A stretch of 64,000 bases of DNA from assembly GCA_963844035.1 (NCBI GenBank), contig CAWJMT010000037.1, forward strand, positions 224,001-288,000. Reading direction: 5' to 3'. The translations under genes were made by a program, and so were the position numbers. Below the pieces are notes generated by a model that made no database searches, had not been told where the DNA came from, and was given only the letters and a program-made list of their open reading frames with translations. Positions 9,508 through 20,150 of the stretch are shown here, in pieces; position 1 is the stretch's first letter; every line of letters starts with the position of its first letter. This stretch comes from an uncultured Gemmatimonadales bacterium. GTDB lineage: Bacteria > Gemmatimonadota > Gemmatimonadetes > Gemmatimonadales > GWC2-71-9.

Positions 9508-11925
9508 TTGATCACAGTCCGTCCGATGCGCGCCGTTTGCGCGGCGCTCGTGCTCGTGCTGGCCGCCATTGGGCCGGCCGAGGCGCAGCAGGGTGCGGCG
9601 GCTGCACCCACGGTGACGCTGTCCGGAACGGTGATCGACACCCTGTCGGGCCGGCCGCTCCGCCTCGCCGTCGTCCGCGTCGTCCAGACCGGCGTCACGG
9701 CGCTGACCGATGACGAGGGGCGCTACACCCTCGCCGTTCCCGCGGGGGAGGTGCAGATCGTGGTGCGGCGCATCGCCTTCGAGGCGGCTTCAGTGACGGT
9801 CACGGTGATACCGGGCGAACGCCCCGCGCCGCGGACCATCTATCTCCACCCGATCGCCATCGGTCTTGCGCCTGTCGTAGTGAGCGCGCGGGACGAGTTT
9901 GCGCGCACGGTGATGCGGCGCGCGATCGCCCGGAAGCACGCGCTGTTTGCCAACCTGCACGACTACCGCTACGACGCCTACGTGAAGTTCGTGTTGCGGG
10001 ACTTTGCGAAGCCCCAGGACAGCTCCTCCGCGGTGCTCATGATCTCGGAAACCCGGACCTCGGTTTATTGGGAGCAGCCCGATCACTACCAGGAAACGAT
10101 CCTGGCCCGGCGGGCGTCGAGCAACCTGGACCGGCAGCGCAACTTGGTGTCGGTGGGCGATATCGTGAACTTCACCAAGGAGCGGATCGACATCCAGAAG
10201 TACTCGGTGGTCTCGCCGATCGCCGACGACGCGTTGGACCACTACGACTACCGCGTCCTCGACACGCTCGCCGTGGATGGGCGCCGCGTGTTCCGGCTTG
10301 CCATCGAGCCGTTGTCGGCCGCATCGCCCTTGTTTGCGGGAATGATCGATGTCGCCGACTCGACGTACGACGTCATGGCGATCGACGTGGGGTTCAACGA
10401 AGCGGTGCGGTTCAGTTTTCTCGAGAACCTGCGCTACCGCCAGCGCCTCCGGGACATGGGCGGGGGCCGCTGGATGCCCTACGAGATCCGCCTGACCGGC
10501 CAAGTACACCTGGCCATACCCCTTCCCGGAGTGCCGGAGCGGATGCCGTTCGAACACGTGGCGATGCTCGACAATTTCCGGTTCGACCAGGGAAACCGGC
10601 CCGCCGATCTGGGAGAGGTCCAGATCGTCGTCCACGAGCGCGCCGACCGGGCCGACAGCGCGATCTGGGCCGCGCCGGGAGCAGTCGCGATCACCCCAGC
10701 CGAGCGGGATGCCTGGGCTCGCATCGATTCGGTCGAGCGCGTACCTCCCCCGGTGGGCAAGCGGATGTTCCAGGGTGCGGTCGCTGGGGTGCTGCTGTCC
10801 ACCAACGCGGACTTTTTCGACTACAGCCGCGTGGACGGGAGCGTTGTGGGCCTGGGTCGCACCTGGCTCGACATCCCGGGCGTGGTGTTGCGCACCAGGC
10901 TCGCGTATGGGACGAGCAGCGACACCTGGCAGTACCATTTCGGGGGCCGGGTGCGGGTGGAGGACGCGCATCGCATCTGGGTGGGCGGCGCGGTGTTCGA
11001 CGAAACGGCGAATCGCAAGGCGCTCGTGTCGAGCGAGTACAATCCCACCTACCGGGCCGTGCTGTTCAAGCTTGACCCGCTCGACTACTACCGGGAGCAG
11101 GGCTTTCACGTCACCCTGAGGGCCAAGCTGCTCAACTTCACCCGTTTCCTGCTTCGCTACACCGACGTGCAGCAGTCGAGCTTGGGCGTGCTGACCGACT
11201 ACTCGGTCTTTTCGGTGGACCGGCCGGTGCGGCCGAACCCTTTGATTACCGAGGGGAGGTTGCGCTCCCTGATGGCGTCCGTGACCTACGACTCGCGCCC
11301 GCTGCTCCAGGATGGAGGCCAGTCGTACTATTTGCAGACGCTGACGCGGACTCGTATCGTGCTCGATGCTGAAGCGGCATCGCCCAACCTGATTCCCAAC
11401 GACTTTGACTTCCGTCGCTACTCGCTCCGGATCGATCGAGAGCAGCGGACCTTCAACCTGGGACTCACCACCATCGTGGCCCAGGGGGCGCTCTCCACCG
11501 GAAACGTGCCGCCGCAGAACTACGTCGCGGTGGACTTCGGGATGCAGACCTACACCTTCCAGGGCAACGGATTCAACACGCTGAACGAAAACAACTTCTA
11601 CGGCACGCGCGCCGCGATGCTTGCCATCCAGCACGATTTTGATCGGCTGCTGTTCGCCAAGAGCCGCCTCCCGCTGGTGCGCGACCTGCCGCTCACCCTG
11701 AGCATCCACGGCGGGATATTTTGGACCGACTTTGCGAACCACACGCTGGCTCCGGGCGAATCGCTGCAGTACACGGATGCCGGGCCTTACGGAGAGGTGG
11801 GTTTCGGGGTCGGCAACCTGACCCCATTCCTCTCGCCGCTCAACCTCGCCGCATATTTCACCTGGCAGCTGTCGTCGTATTCAACCAGTCGGTTTGCGGT
11901 CGGCTTCGGGCTCACGCACCTGTGA
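9508..11925 (+). CDS. Outer-membrane protein with carboxypeptidase-regulatory-like N-domain (DUF5686-like)
   Basis: Signal peptide; LSGTVID...TDDEGRY; SPIADDALDHYDY; beta-strand-rich C-terminal half. Confidence 0.7.
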   Translation: MITVRPMRAVCAALVLVLAAIGPAEAQQGAAAAPTVTLSGTVIDTLSGRPLRLAVVRVVQTGVTALTDDEGRYTLAVPAGEVQIVVRRIAFEAASVTVTVIPGERPAPRTIYLHPIAIGLAPVVVSARDEFARTVMRRAIARKHALFANLHDYRYDAYVKFVLRDFAKPQDSSSAVLMISETRTSVYWEQPDHYQETILARRASSNLDRQRNLVSVGDIVNFTKERIDIQKYSVVSPIADDALDHYDYRVLDTLAVDGRRVFRLAIEPLSAASPLFAGMIDVADSTYDVMAIDVGFNEAVRFSFLENLRYRQRLRDMGGGRWMPYEIRLTGQVHLAIPLPGVPERMPFEHVAMLDNFRFDQGNRPADLGEVQIVVHERADRADSAIWAAPGAVAITPAERDAWARIDSVERVPPPVGKRMFQGAVAGVLLSTNADFFDYSRVDGSVVGLGRTWLDIPGVVLRTRLAYGTSSDTWQYHFGGRVRVEDAHRIWVGGAVFDETANRKALVSSEYNPTYRAVLFKLDPLDYYREQGFHVTLRAKLLNFTRFLLRYTDVQQSSLGVLTDYSVFSVDRPVRPNPLITEGRLRSLMASVTYDSRPLLQDGGQSYYLQTLTRTRIVLDAEAASPNLIPNDFDFRRYSLRIDREQRTFNLGLTTIVAQGALSTGNVPPQNYVAVDFGMQTYTFQGNGFNTLNENNFYGTRAAMLAIQHDFDRLLFAKSRLPLVRDLPLTLSIHGGIFWTDFANHTLAPGESLQYTDAGPYGEVGFGVGNLTPFLSPLNLAAYFTWQLSSYSTSRFAVGFGLTHL

Positions 11926-11944
11926 CCGGACGGAGGAGGGGGAC

Positions 11945-12811
11945 ATGACGGTCTACCTGAACGGCACGTATCTCGATCGCGCCAAGGCGGTGGTCTCGGT
12001 GGACGACCGCGGCTTTCTCTTCGGAGACGGGGTCTACGAGGTGACCCGCGCGACCCAGGGACAGCTGTTCGAAGGCGAACGACACATGCGCCGCCTCGCG
12101 CGCGGACTGGACGGAATCGCGCTCGAGCTCCCAGCGGGGTTCGCCGGGGAGTTACTGGAGGTCTCCGAGCGCCTGTTGCGCGAGAACGCGCTGGAAGAAG
12201 GGGACGCGATCGTCTACCTCCAGGTCACACGGGGGACCGCGCCGCGCACGCACTATTTCCCCCCTCCCGGCACGAAGCCGACGGTGTTTCTGAGCGCCAC
12301 CCGGCTCAAGGTACCGGACGACGTGCGGGCGCGCGGCGCGAGCGTGATCACCCTGCCCGACGAGCGGTGGGGCCGCTGCGATTTGAAAACGGTGAACCTG
12401 CTGCCCAACGTGCTTGCCAAGCAAAAGGCGGTGATCGCGAAAGCGTTTGAGGCGGTGCTCGTGAGCGACGGCGTGATGATCGAGGGAGCAAGCAGCAATT
12501 CCTTCGCGGTCGTCAACGGAGTGCTGCGGACCCATCCGGCCACGCACCGCATTCTCGCCGGCATTACCCGCGAGGTGCTGCTCGAGCTTGCCGCGGAGCT
12601 CGGCATCCCGGTGGCCGAGCGGGCCGTCACCCTTGAGGAGCTGGCCGGGGCCAGTGAAGTGATGGTGACCGCCACGACCGCCGACGTCATGCCCGTCGTG
12701 CAGGTGGACGGCCGGCCGGTCGGGCAGGGGCGCCCGGGCCCGATCGCGGGCGCGCTGCATCGCGCGCTGCTCGCTCGCATGGCGCGGCGTCCCGCGCGGG
12801 TCGCCCGCTGA
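11945..12811 (+). CDS. dat: D-amino-acid aminotransferase (class IV PLP)
   Basis: DDRGFLFGDGVYEV, RCDLKTVNLLPNVL, EGASSN, ILAGITR. Confidence 0.88.
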   Translation: MTVYLNGTYLDRAKAVVSVDDRGFLFGDGVYEVTRATQGQLFEGERHMRRLARGLDGIALELPAGFAGELLEVSERLLRENALEEGDAIVYLQVTRGTAPRTHYFPPPGTKPTVFLSATRLKVPDDVRARGASVITLPDERWGRCDLKTVNLLPNVLAKQKAVIAKAFEAVLVSDGVMIEGASSNSFAVVNGVLRTHPATHRILAGITREVLLELAAELGIPVAERAVTLEELAGASEVMVTATTADVMPVVQVDGRPVGQGRPGPIAGALHRALLARMARRPARVAR

Positions 12812-12825
12812 TACCGCGGTCGGGC

Positions 12826-13612
12826 GTGATTTCAAAGGCTGGTGACGCGGCCGCGTGGCTGCCGTTCCTGTCGGAGCTGGCCGATGGCGCGGACCGCCTC
12901 GCGCTGCAGTTCTTCCGCAGCCGCGACCTCCGGGTGGACGAGAAGCCCGATTTGAGCCCCGTGACCGAGGCCGATCGTGCCATCGAAGCCATGGCGCGTC
13001 AGCTGCTGCGGGACCGGCACCCGGAAATGGGGGTCCTGGGCGAAGAGCAGGGCGAAGCCGTCGGCACAGCGGCAGCGCGTCTGATCATCGACCCGATCGA
13101 CGGCACTCGGAACTTCGTTCGGGGCATCCCGCTCTTCGGGGTGCTGCTGGCCGTGGAGGTCGGAGGAGAAGTCGTCGCCGGGGTGGCGAGCGCACCGGCG
13201 CTGCACACCCGCTGGCACGGGGCGCGGGGCGCGGGCGCGTTCCGGGACGGTCGGCGCATCGCCGTGTCGGGCGTGCGGGCGCTGGGGAATGCGCTGCTAC
13301 TTGCATGGGAATCTCGGCGCGGCAGAGCCCGCCCCTCCGGCCGGCTTTCCCGCGCTGGCGCGGCAGGTGGACCGCACGCGGGGGTTTGGGGACTTCTACC
13401 AGCACATCCTCGTGGCCGAGGGCGCGGGCGACATTGCGCTCGATCCGGAGGCGCACCCCTGGGATATTGCCGCCCTGCAGGTGATCGTCGAAGAGGCCGG
13501 CGGCAGGGCCACCACGCTCACCGGGGAGCGCTCGATCTACGCCGGCAGCCTCGTGACGTCGAACGGGGCGCTGCACCAGCAAGCGTTGGACACCCTGTGT
13601 GGGGCACCGTGA
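12826..13612 (+). CDS. hisN: Histidinol-phosphatase, inositol monophosphatase family (frameshift near 13300)
   Basis: KPDLSPVTEADR, GEE, IIDPIDGTRNF, RGFGDF, PWDIAALQVIVEEAGG. Confidence 0.8.
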
Positions 13613-13863
13613 ACGACGAACCTGACGAGATCGAGCCGATCGATCCCCTCGATGAGGACGAGGAGGGTGACGCCCCCGCCGATTCGGAGGGAGTGGTCGT
13701 CTGTCCCTACTGCGGCGAGTCGAACGAGATCGCGCTCGATCCCGACGGCGGCGCCTTCCAGGATTACATCGAGGATTGCCAGGTGTGCTGCCGACCGTGG
13801 CGCGTCCGGGTGACGTACAGTCCCGGGGGGACTGCCGAGATCGCCGTCGAGGCTATGGACTGA
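13609..13863 (+). CDS. CPXCG-motif cysteine-rich protein
   Basis: CPYCGE...[18 protein letters not shown] overlap with hisN. Confidence 0.85.
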   Translation: MNDEPDEIEPIDPLDEDEEGDAPADSEGVVVCPYCGESNEIALDPDGGAFQDYIEDCQVCCRPWRVRVTYSPGGTAEIAVEAMD

Positions 13864-14464
13864 CGGCGTCGAAGCGCTTCTGAACCGCCGCCCAATTCAC
13901 CACGTTCCACCACGCGCCGACGTAGTCCGGCCGCCGGTTCTGATACTTCAAGTAGTACGCGTGCTCCCACACGTCCAGGCCAAGGATCGGCGTCTTGCCG
14001 TCCATGAGCGGGCTGTCCTGGTTGGCCGTGCTGTACACCTCGAGCTTGCCCTTGGCCACTGCGAGCCAGGCCCAGCCGCTGCCGAACCGCGTGGTGGCGG
14101 CGGTGCCGATGGCTTCCTTGAACTTCGCGAAGTCGCCGAACGTCGCCCGGATGGCGTCGGCCAGCTTTCCGGATGGCTCACCACCCGCCTTCGCCGCCAT
14201 GATCGTCCAGAACAACGAGTGGTTGTGGTGCCCGCCGGCGTTGTTGCGGACGGCCGTGCGGATGTCGTCCGGAACCGCGTTGATGTTGCCCAACAGCTCC
14301 TCGAGCGTCTTCTTGTGCAGCTCGGGATGCTTGTCGAGGGCCGCGTTCAGGTTGTTCACGTATGCCTGATGGTGCTTTCCATGATGGATCTGCATGGTCT
14401 GCGCGTCGATATGCGGCTCGAGCGCTCCGAAATCGTACGGCAGGGCCGGCAGGGTGTGCGGCAT
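13853..14464 (-). CDS. sodA: Mn/Fe superoxide dismutase
   Basis: [34 protein letters not shown]. Confidence 0.95.
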   Translation of the reverse strand: MPHTLPALPYDFGALEPHIDAQTMQIHHGKHHQAYVNNLNAALDKHPELHKKTLEELLGNINAVPDDIRTAVRNNAGGHHNHSLFWTIMAAKAGGEPSGKLADAIRATFGDFAKFKEAIGTAATTRFGSGWAWLAVAKGKLEVYSTANQDSPLMDGKTPILGLDVWEHAYYLKYQNRRPDYVGAWWNVVNWAAVQKRFDAVSP

Positions 14465-14562
14465 GAATCGCTCCTTGGAAGACTGACGGGTCGTGCTGCA
14501 GGACGAATAATGCACGGGTCGCCCGCGATTTCAAACGGGTGCGGGGAGGGTTACTTTGTGGC

Positions 14563-15045
14563 GTGATTGCGCCTGCCCAACCGACCGGTCCCCGCATCGG
14601 GGACATCGCTCCCGATTTCACGCTCTCTTCCACGGCCGGTGGTGACGTCGTGCTGTCGAGCTTGCGCGGGAAGCAGAACGTGCTGCTCGCATTTTTTCCC
14701 TTGGCCTTCACGTCAACCTGTACCGCTCAGCTGTGCGCGTTCAGCGACGATTTCGACCGGTTCGCCGCGACCGGCACCGCAGTTCTCCCGATCAGCGTGG
14801 ATTCGGTACCCACCCTGAAGGAGTTCAAGGCGAAGCACGGGATGAAGGTCGAGATGCTGTCCGATTTCAAGCGCGAGGTGTCGCGCGCGTACGGCACACT
14901 GCACGACATGAAGTTCTACAGCAATCGCGCCTATTTTCTGATCGACCGCGCCGGACGCGTGCGCTGGGCCTACCAGGAAGCGGACAACCGAGAGCGGCGC
15001 GACGACGCCGAGCTGCTGCGGCAGATCGCGGCGCTCGGCGCGTAA
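14563..15045 (+). CDS. Peroxiredoxin, AhpE-like
   Basis: APDFTL, FFPLAFTSTC, LSDF, R..FLID. Confidence 0.85.
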   Translation: MIAPAQPTGPRIGDIAPDFTLSSTAGGDVVLSSLRGKQNVLLAFFPLAFTSTCTAQLCAFSDDFDRFAATGTAVLPISVDSVPTLKEFKAKHGMKVEMLSDFKREVSRAYGTLHDMKFYSNRAYFLIDRAGRVRWAYQEADNRERRDDAELLRQIAALGA

Positions 15046-15061
15046 CCTGGGCGGGCGCGCC

Positions 15062-16342
15062 GTGACGGGGCGGGCTGCGCTCGCGCTGCTGCTGTGCAGC
15101 TGCGGATGGAGTGGGGTCGGGGAGCACGCGACCACACGACGGGCCGCGCTCGAGCTCGCCAGTCGCGCTGACTACGCCCGGGCCCGCATCGAAACCAGTG
15201 TCCTCACGTCCTACCTCGATGTGCATCCCGGATTGCGCGTGGTCCAACGGCGTCCGTCGTCTGACGCGCTCGAATACCGGCAACGACTGCTCGACGCGAT
15301 GCGCGCCGGCAGCCCACCCGAGGCGGTGCTCCTCGACCTGGCCGACCTGCCCGTCTTGGCCGATCGCGGGATGCTGCTGGACCTCGCTCCCTATCTCTCC
15401 CGCGTCGGGGTGACCCTCGAAGAGTACGATTCAACCGTGCTGGCCGCGTTCCGGCGCGGCCGCGCGGTCTACGCCCTGCCGACCGGCTACTCGCCCCTGG
15501 TGGTCGTCTACAACAAGGCCCTGTTCGACCGCGCCGGGATTCCCGCCCCGTCCGACGACTGGACCTGGGACGATTTCCTCTCGTTCGCGAAGCAGCTCAC
15601 GCGCGACAGCGACGGCGACGGATCGATCGACCAGTGGGGAACCGAGGTCGATGATCGGGTCACCGTCTGGCTGGCGTGGCTGTGGTCGGGCGAGGGCGAC
15701 GTGTTGTGCGGCGATGGCCGGCGTGCAACCGGGTGCCTCGACGCGCCGGCCACGGTTGCCGCGTTGCGCTGGTACGCCGACTGGGTCGGCGACGAACCCA
15801 TCGCCCCCCGCCGGGCGGCGGGCGGCGACATCCGGGCCTTCCTGAGCGGGAAAATCGCGATGCTCACCGTGGATCACAGCGCGGTTCCGCAGCTCCGGAC
15901 CCGCAGCGCCGGGGGCGGGTTGCGCGTCGGGTTCGCGCCGATACCACATCGCTTTGGGTCTCCCCCCGCCACCGTGTTCACTGCCGGGGGGTACGCGGTG
16001 CCGGCGCTCGCACTGCGGCGCAAGCTGGCGGTGGAGCTGGTCGCCTCGCTCACGGATTCGCTTGCGGCGCGCCTGCGCGGTGAGGCGGGGCTCGAGCTCC
16101 CGGCTGTGGCAAGTGTCGCCGCGGCCCTGGGTGCCCGCGACACACTGGGGTGGGAGGCGGCGTTCCTGCGGGCGGCGCCGTCCGCCCGGCTGCCGTGGGA
16201 GGCGCGCATCGCTCACTGGGAAGAGATCGAACCGGCCTTGGCCGGCCTGATGGATCGGATCATGGTTGGGGGCGCCGATCCGGAGGCCGCAGCCCATGAG
16301 TTGGCGCTGCAGCTCGACCAAGTGCTCGGCGCCGCCCCATGA
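15062..16342 (+). CDS. ABC-type sugar-binding lipoprotein
   Basis: Lipobox LLCSC; YALP...[27 protein letters not shown]. Confidence 0.85.
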   Translation: MTGRAALALLLCSCGWSGVGEHATTRRAALELASRADYARARIETSVLTSYLDVHPGLRVVQRRPSSDALEYRQRLLDAMRAGSPPEAVLLDLADLPVLADRGMLLDLAPYLSRVGVTLEEYDSTVLAAFRRGRAVYALPTGYSPLVVVYNKALFDRAGIPAPSDDWTWDDFLSFAKQLTRDSDGDGSIDQWGTEVDDRVTVWLAWLWSGEGDVLCGDGRRATGCLDAPATVAALRWYADWVGDEPIAPRRAAGGDIRAFLSGKIAMLTVDHSAVPQLRTRSAGGGLRVGFAPIPHRFGSPPATVFTAGGYAVPALALRRKLAVELVASLTDSLAARLRGEAGLELPAVASVAAALGARDTLGWEAAFLRAAPSARLPWEARIAHWEEIEPALAGLMDRIMVGGADPEAAAHELALQLDQVLGAAP

Positions 16343-17274
16343 GTCCGCGCCGCTGGCCCCGCGTGGCGGCGTTCGCGCTTGCGGTCGCGGCGGCGGGTGT
16401 GACGTACGGCGGCGTCCGCGCGCTCACGGCCCGCTACGAGCGCGAGGTGGCCGAGCGCAGTGCGGCCACCATCAGTGCATACCTGTCGATCGCCGCACCG
16501 GCCGCCCGGGGCGGCCCCGACTACGATCTGTCCCTGTTGCTGATTCAAGCGCGCGCCGTCGCCACGCTCCTCGGGTTCACGGCCTTCGAGGTGTATCACC
16601 GCACTGCGCCGCTGGTGCACGCAGTCGCGCCGCCGCTCGCGCCCGCCGAGCTGCAACGCCTGCGAAGCGAGGAGGCGACGGGATGGGACGGGAACGGCGC
16701 ACTCGCGCCGCTGCTCGACCGGGAGGGATGGGAGGTGGTGGGCGCCGTGCGGGTGCCGGTCCGCCCGCTTGCCGTCGTCTGGCTCGAATGGGGCCTGCCG
16801 ACCCTGCTGCTCATCAGCATCGCCTGCGCCGCGTTCAGTGTGTACGCCATCGGGAACGCTGGCATAGAGCGCCAGGCGCTGGCGGCCTACGCGGCGGCCG
16901 CGTTGATCGCCGGGTGCGTGGCGTATCTCGATGTACGCACGATCGCGCGGCGAGCGACGGATCGGTGGTTGGCCGAGACAGGAGCGCTGGTGCAGGAAGC
17001 GACGACGCACGCACCCGGTGGGCTCGATGTGGGCGACGTAGCGACCATCGTGCGCGGCGGGACTCTGGTTCGAACCAATGTGCTCGTGCGGGACGCCATA
17101 CCGCGACGCCGCGGTGCGGTGGCTCGGGTCGCGGTACGGATGGGCGGGGGTCGCTGGGCGGAGCTGCGAACCCAGGCGGGTGAGGCCGCGACCGGCATCT
17201 GGATCCTGTGCGCGCTCGGCCTCTCGCTGCTCGGGCCCGCGGGCGTCGCGATTACGGCGCGGTTCGCGCGCTAG
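16339..17274 (+). CDS. Hypothetical membrane protein (about 4 TM)
   Basis: ATGA overlap with the binding-protein gene; four hydrophobic segments around two soluble domains. Confidence 0.6.
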   Translation: MSPRRWPRVAAFALAVAAAGVTYGGVRALTARYEREVAERSAATISAYLSIAAPAARGGPDYDLSLLLIQARAVATLLGFTAFEVYHRTAPLVHAVAPPLAPAELQRLRSEEATGWDGNGALAPLLDREGWEVVGAVRVPVRPLAVVWLEWGLPTLLLISIACAAFSVYAIGNAGIERQALAAYAAAALIAGCVAYLDVRTIARRATDRWLAETGALVQEATTHAPGGLDVGDVATIVRGGTLVRTNVLVRDAIPRRRGAVARVAVRMGGGRWAELRTQAGEAATGIWILCALGLSLLGPAGVAITARFAR

Positions 17275-19607
17275 TCTTTCCCCGCGGCCGCGGCCTTTCG
17301 GAAAGTGATCTCCCACGCGACGTCGGTGCCGCTCGGGCTCGCCCCCGCGGCCCACTCGAGCACCGCGTGACCGGATTCGAGCCGCCGTACGGTGCACGGC
17401 ACGTCCGCTTTGCACGTTCCCAGCCGCATCCCGGATGGGATCGCAACGGTCACCCCGTAGGCCCGGCGGTCGACGTTGATCGCGCGAGCGCGCAGCGTTC
17501 TCGTCGCAGCGTCCCACGTTTCGTCCGCGATGTCCACCGCGCCCTGGACCACGTGACGCGTGGTGCCGACGACTTGCGGCCGTGCAGCGGCCGCACGGAT
17601 CCCGACCGTGAGACAGCTGTGCGGATCGAGCGTCGCCGTCAGGACTTTCGTGAGATCGGGAAGGGGAGTGCCGCGCCAGACGTCATACGCGGTGAATCGC
17701 GCGCCCGCGAGACCGAGCTCAGGCAGCGGGACTGATTGTTGTTTCGCGTCGTCATCCCAATTCGCCAGCACCACCGTCCACCAGCGCGGCGCCCCTTCGG
17801 TGATCCAGATGGGTGCGGGGCGCTCGTCGGCCGGCGGCACGCCATCGGGAGTGCTGCGCGCTGCTCCGATCGGGCGTCCCGGAGTCGTGGTGGCCGGGAG
17901 GGCGCGGTCGATCAGTACGAGGCGGTCGGCGTCGAGGCCGGCGAGGTCATCCGACAGGATGGTGATGTCTCCCGCGACGGCGACGATCGACGTCCACACC
18001 TGGGCCTCGGCGAGCGAGAGCGGGGGCCCGACGGCGAGTGCATCGGGCTCGTTGAGCCAGACCCCTCGGTGGTAGAAACTGCGTAGCGCCGCGGCGTGCG
18101 CGCGCGTCCGAATGCCGCTCCATCCGCCCTCGGTGTGGGGAGCGATGCGCATCCCGTTGACGAACCCGATGGAGGGTTGCAGGGGGGCGTTGCCTCCAAG
18201 CAGGAAGGCGTCGCTTCCCGCCCCATCGCGCAGAGCGCCGAGTCCGAGCCGGCACGCCTCGGCCGGGGTGAGCCCGCCGAAGTGCGAGCCGTCGACCGCT
18301 GCCCAGTGCAGCTGGTCAAGCCGCAGGTAGTCGTAGCCCCATTCCTGCACCACGCGGCGCGCCAGATCGAGCAGCCACTGGCGAGCGGCGGGGTGCGCAC
18401 CGTCGAGCGCGTAGATCCGGCCGCCCCAGCCGTCCTCGGTCTCCAGCACTATGGGGGCATCGTCCTCGAGGTTGCGCACCAGCCAGTCGGGGTGCGCAGC
18501 GGGGATGCCCGATCGTTCGCTCACCCCGAACGGCGCGAGCCACAGGCCGGCTTGAAACCGCCGCTCGTGGATCTGGTCGGTGAGCGAGCGGTGGCCGTGT
18601 GAGAACCGCTCGTTCGCATCCCAGTCGCCCAGCGATCGCTGATAACCGTCGCCCAGCTCGATCACCCGGAGGAAGCGGCGGTCGAAATGCGCGGCGCAGA
18701 AGTCGGCCTGGCGGGTGATATCCTCTTCCGTGAGCGTGGCGCGACGCTCGCGACCCGACGACCAGCCCGTCGGCGCCGGCGCTGCGGCGAGGCGTTCGCG
18801 GTCGACCTGCGATGCGGGGACGAAGAGGGCCCGCAGGGCGTCCACGCCGTCGCCATCGGGGTCGTAGCACAGGCGCAGCCGCGAGGTGTCGCCGCCGGGG
18901 CGTACCGGTCGCGCGGGCACCCAATTGCTCTGGGCGATGAGGGCGCCCGCTGTGATGCTCACGTTGCCACGCCCCGGGTCCTCCGGATCGAACGCGAACC
19001 CCAGTCCCCGGGTCTCGCGCGTGAGACCGAGGACCGCGTCGCTCATGACGGCCGTGCTGTCGTCACTGGGGGGAAACGCCATCAGGCGGACCCCGGCCCC
19101 CGAGTGAGCGCCGCTGACGAGCACAACGAGGGCGCCGGTCCCGGGCATCAGCTCGGGTGCCGGCGTCTCGAGAAACCTCACGCCCTTGATGCTCGAGAGG
19201 TCGCGGTCGGGGTAGATGGAGAGGCTTACGGTGGCCACGGGCACGGCGGCGGGCGGCCCTGCGAGAAACTCTGCTTCGAGGAACACGCCGCCCGCGCGCC
19301 CCCGCATCACGACCGCATCGCCCCCGGGCGGCCGGCGACTTCCCAGGCTAGTATTATCCAGGTCGCTGAGCGTGAGGAACTGATCCGCAATCCAGGCGCC
19401 GAGTGTGGCGTTCTGAATCAGCGGAACGGGCTGCCCCCCTCCGATGTACCACAGGGACCAGCGCCTTCGGTCATCGAGCTCGAACCGCAGCCGCCCGGTG
19501 CCGCCCCGGCGGCGCGCAGGCACGGGTTGTGCAATGCCGAAGCGAGTTGGCCCCAGCAGGACAGTCGAACCAGCCCCAGTCAGGAGGACGAACGTGCGTC
19601 GATTCAT
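17271..19607 (-). CDS. Tat-exported alpha-galactosidase-like glycoside hydrolase (GH36/27 clan)
   Basis: MNRRTF twin-arginine signal; PTGWSS, DGYQ...GDW..NERF, GLWLAPF, GYDYLRLD, MRI, W.N.PD. Confidence 0.75.
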   Translation of the reverse strand: MNRRTFVLLTGAGSTVLLGPTRFGIAQPVPARRRGGTGRLRFELDDRRRWSLWYIGGGQPVPLIQNATLGAWIADQFLTLSDLDNTSLGSRRPPGGDAVVMRGRAGGVFLEAEFLAGPPAAVPVATVSLSIYPDRDLSSIKGVRFLETPAPELMPGTGALVVLVSGAHSGAGVRLMAFPPSDDSTAVMSDAVLGLTRETRGLGFAFDPEDPGRGNVSITAGALIAQSNWVPARPVRPGGDTSRLRLCYDPDGDGVDALRALFVPASQVDRERLAAAPAPTGWSSGRERRATLTEEDITRQADFCAAHFDRRFLRVIELGDGYQRSLGDWDANERFSHGHRSLTDQIHERRFQAGLWLAPFGVSERSGIPAAHPDWLVRNLEDDAPIVLETEDGWGGRIYALDGAHPAARQWLLDLARRVVQEWGYDYLRLDQLHWAAVDGSHFGGLTPAEACRLGLGALRDGAGSDAFLLGGNAPLQPSIGFVNGMRIAPHTEGGWSGIRTRAHAAALRSFYHRGVWLNEPDALAVGPPLSLAEAQVWTSIVAVAGDITILSDDLAGLDADRLVLIDRALPATTTPGRPIGAARSTPDGVPPADERPAPIWITEGAPRWWTVVLANWDDDAKQQSVPLPELGLAGARFTAYDVWRGTPLPDLTKVLTATLDPHSCLTVGIRAAAARPQVVGTTRHVVQGAVDIADETWDAATRTLRARAINVDRRAYGVTVAIPSGMRLGTCKADVPCTVRRLESGHAVLEWAAGASPSGTDVAWEITFRKAAAAGKD

Positions 19608-20150
19608 AATGGCAATGTTGGCGGCAGGTTCGATTTTGTCTACGCCGCTCGCCGCGCAGCATTCGCTCGCGATCGGAGCGGCGGCGATACTCGGCGGCGA
19701 TTGGCAGATCGAGGGTGGGGAGGTCCTGTGGATCACGCAAGTGAACGCGGGGCCGTTGCGGTATGCGTCGGTTGGAGGTCGCCTCGGAGTGTTTGTGGAC
19801 GAAAGCCAGATCACCGGCGGCACGCGCGGCATCGCTACCGGGCTGGTGTTGCAGACCCGCACGGGCCTGCGAACCTCGCCGACGTCGGCAACGAATCGAA
19901 CCCCAGTCCGCTCGGCTTCGACGTCACGTTCGAAGGCGCCGTCTATGGGTCCGCGAACGCGCCGAGTGAGTTCGGCACCGTATGGGGCGCCGTGTCGGTC
20001 CTGCCCGGCCTGCGCATCGGCGCCGGTCCGCAGATGCGGTACGGCTTGGTGTTCGGGCCGACGATCTTTTTCGGCCAAACGACCGAGGTTCGCCCGTTCC
20101 TCGCGGTGCGCTTCGAAGTCCCCATGGGCCGCTCCAAAGCCATCCAGTAG
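19594..20150 (+). CDS. Secreted/outer-membrane beta-strand protein (frameshift near 19870)
   Basis: AGGAGG SD at 19582-19587; signal ending PLAAQ; amphipathic beta-strands. Confidence 0.6.

Noticed and set aside
12826..13863. HisN-CPXCG fusion (345-aa ORF)
   Set aside because: Created by the indel near 13300; the hisN C-terminus is in another frame and ends at 13612.
19608..20078. 156-aa N-terminal extension of the alpha-galactosidase ORF
   Set aside because: The Tat signal begins at 19607; the extension is the antisense of the + strand gene.
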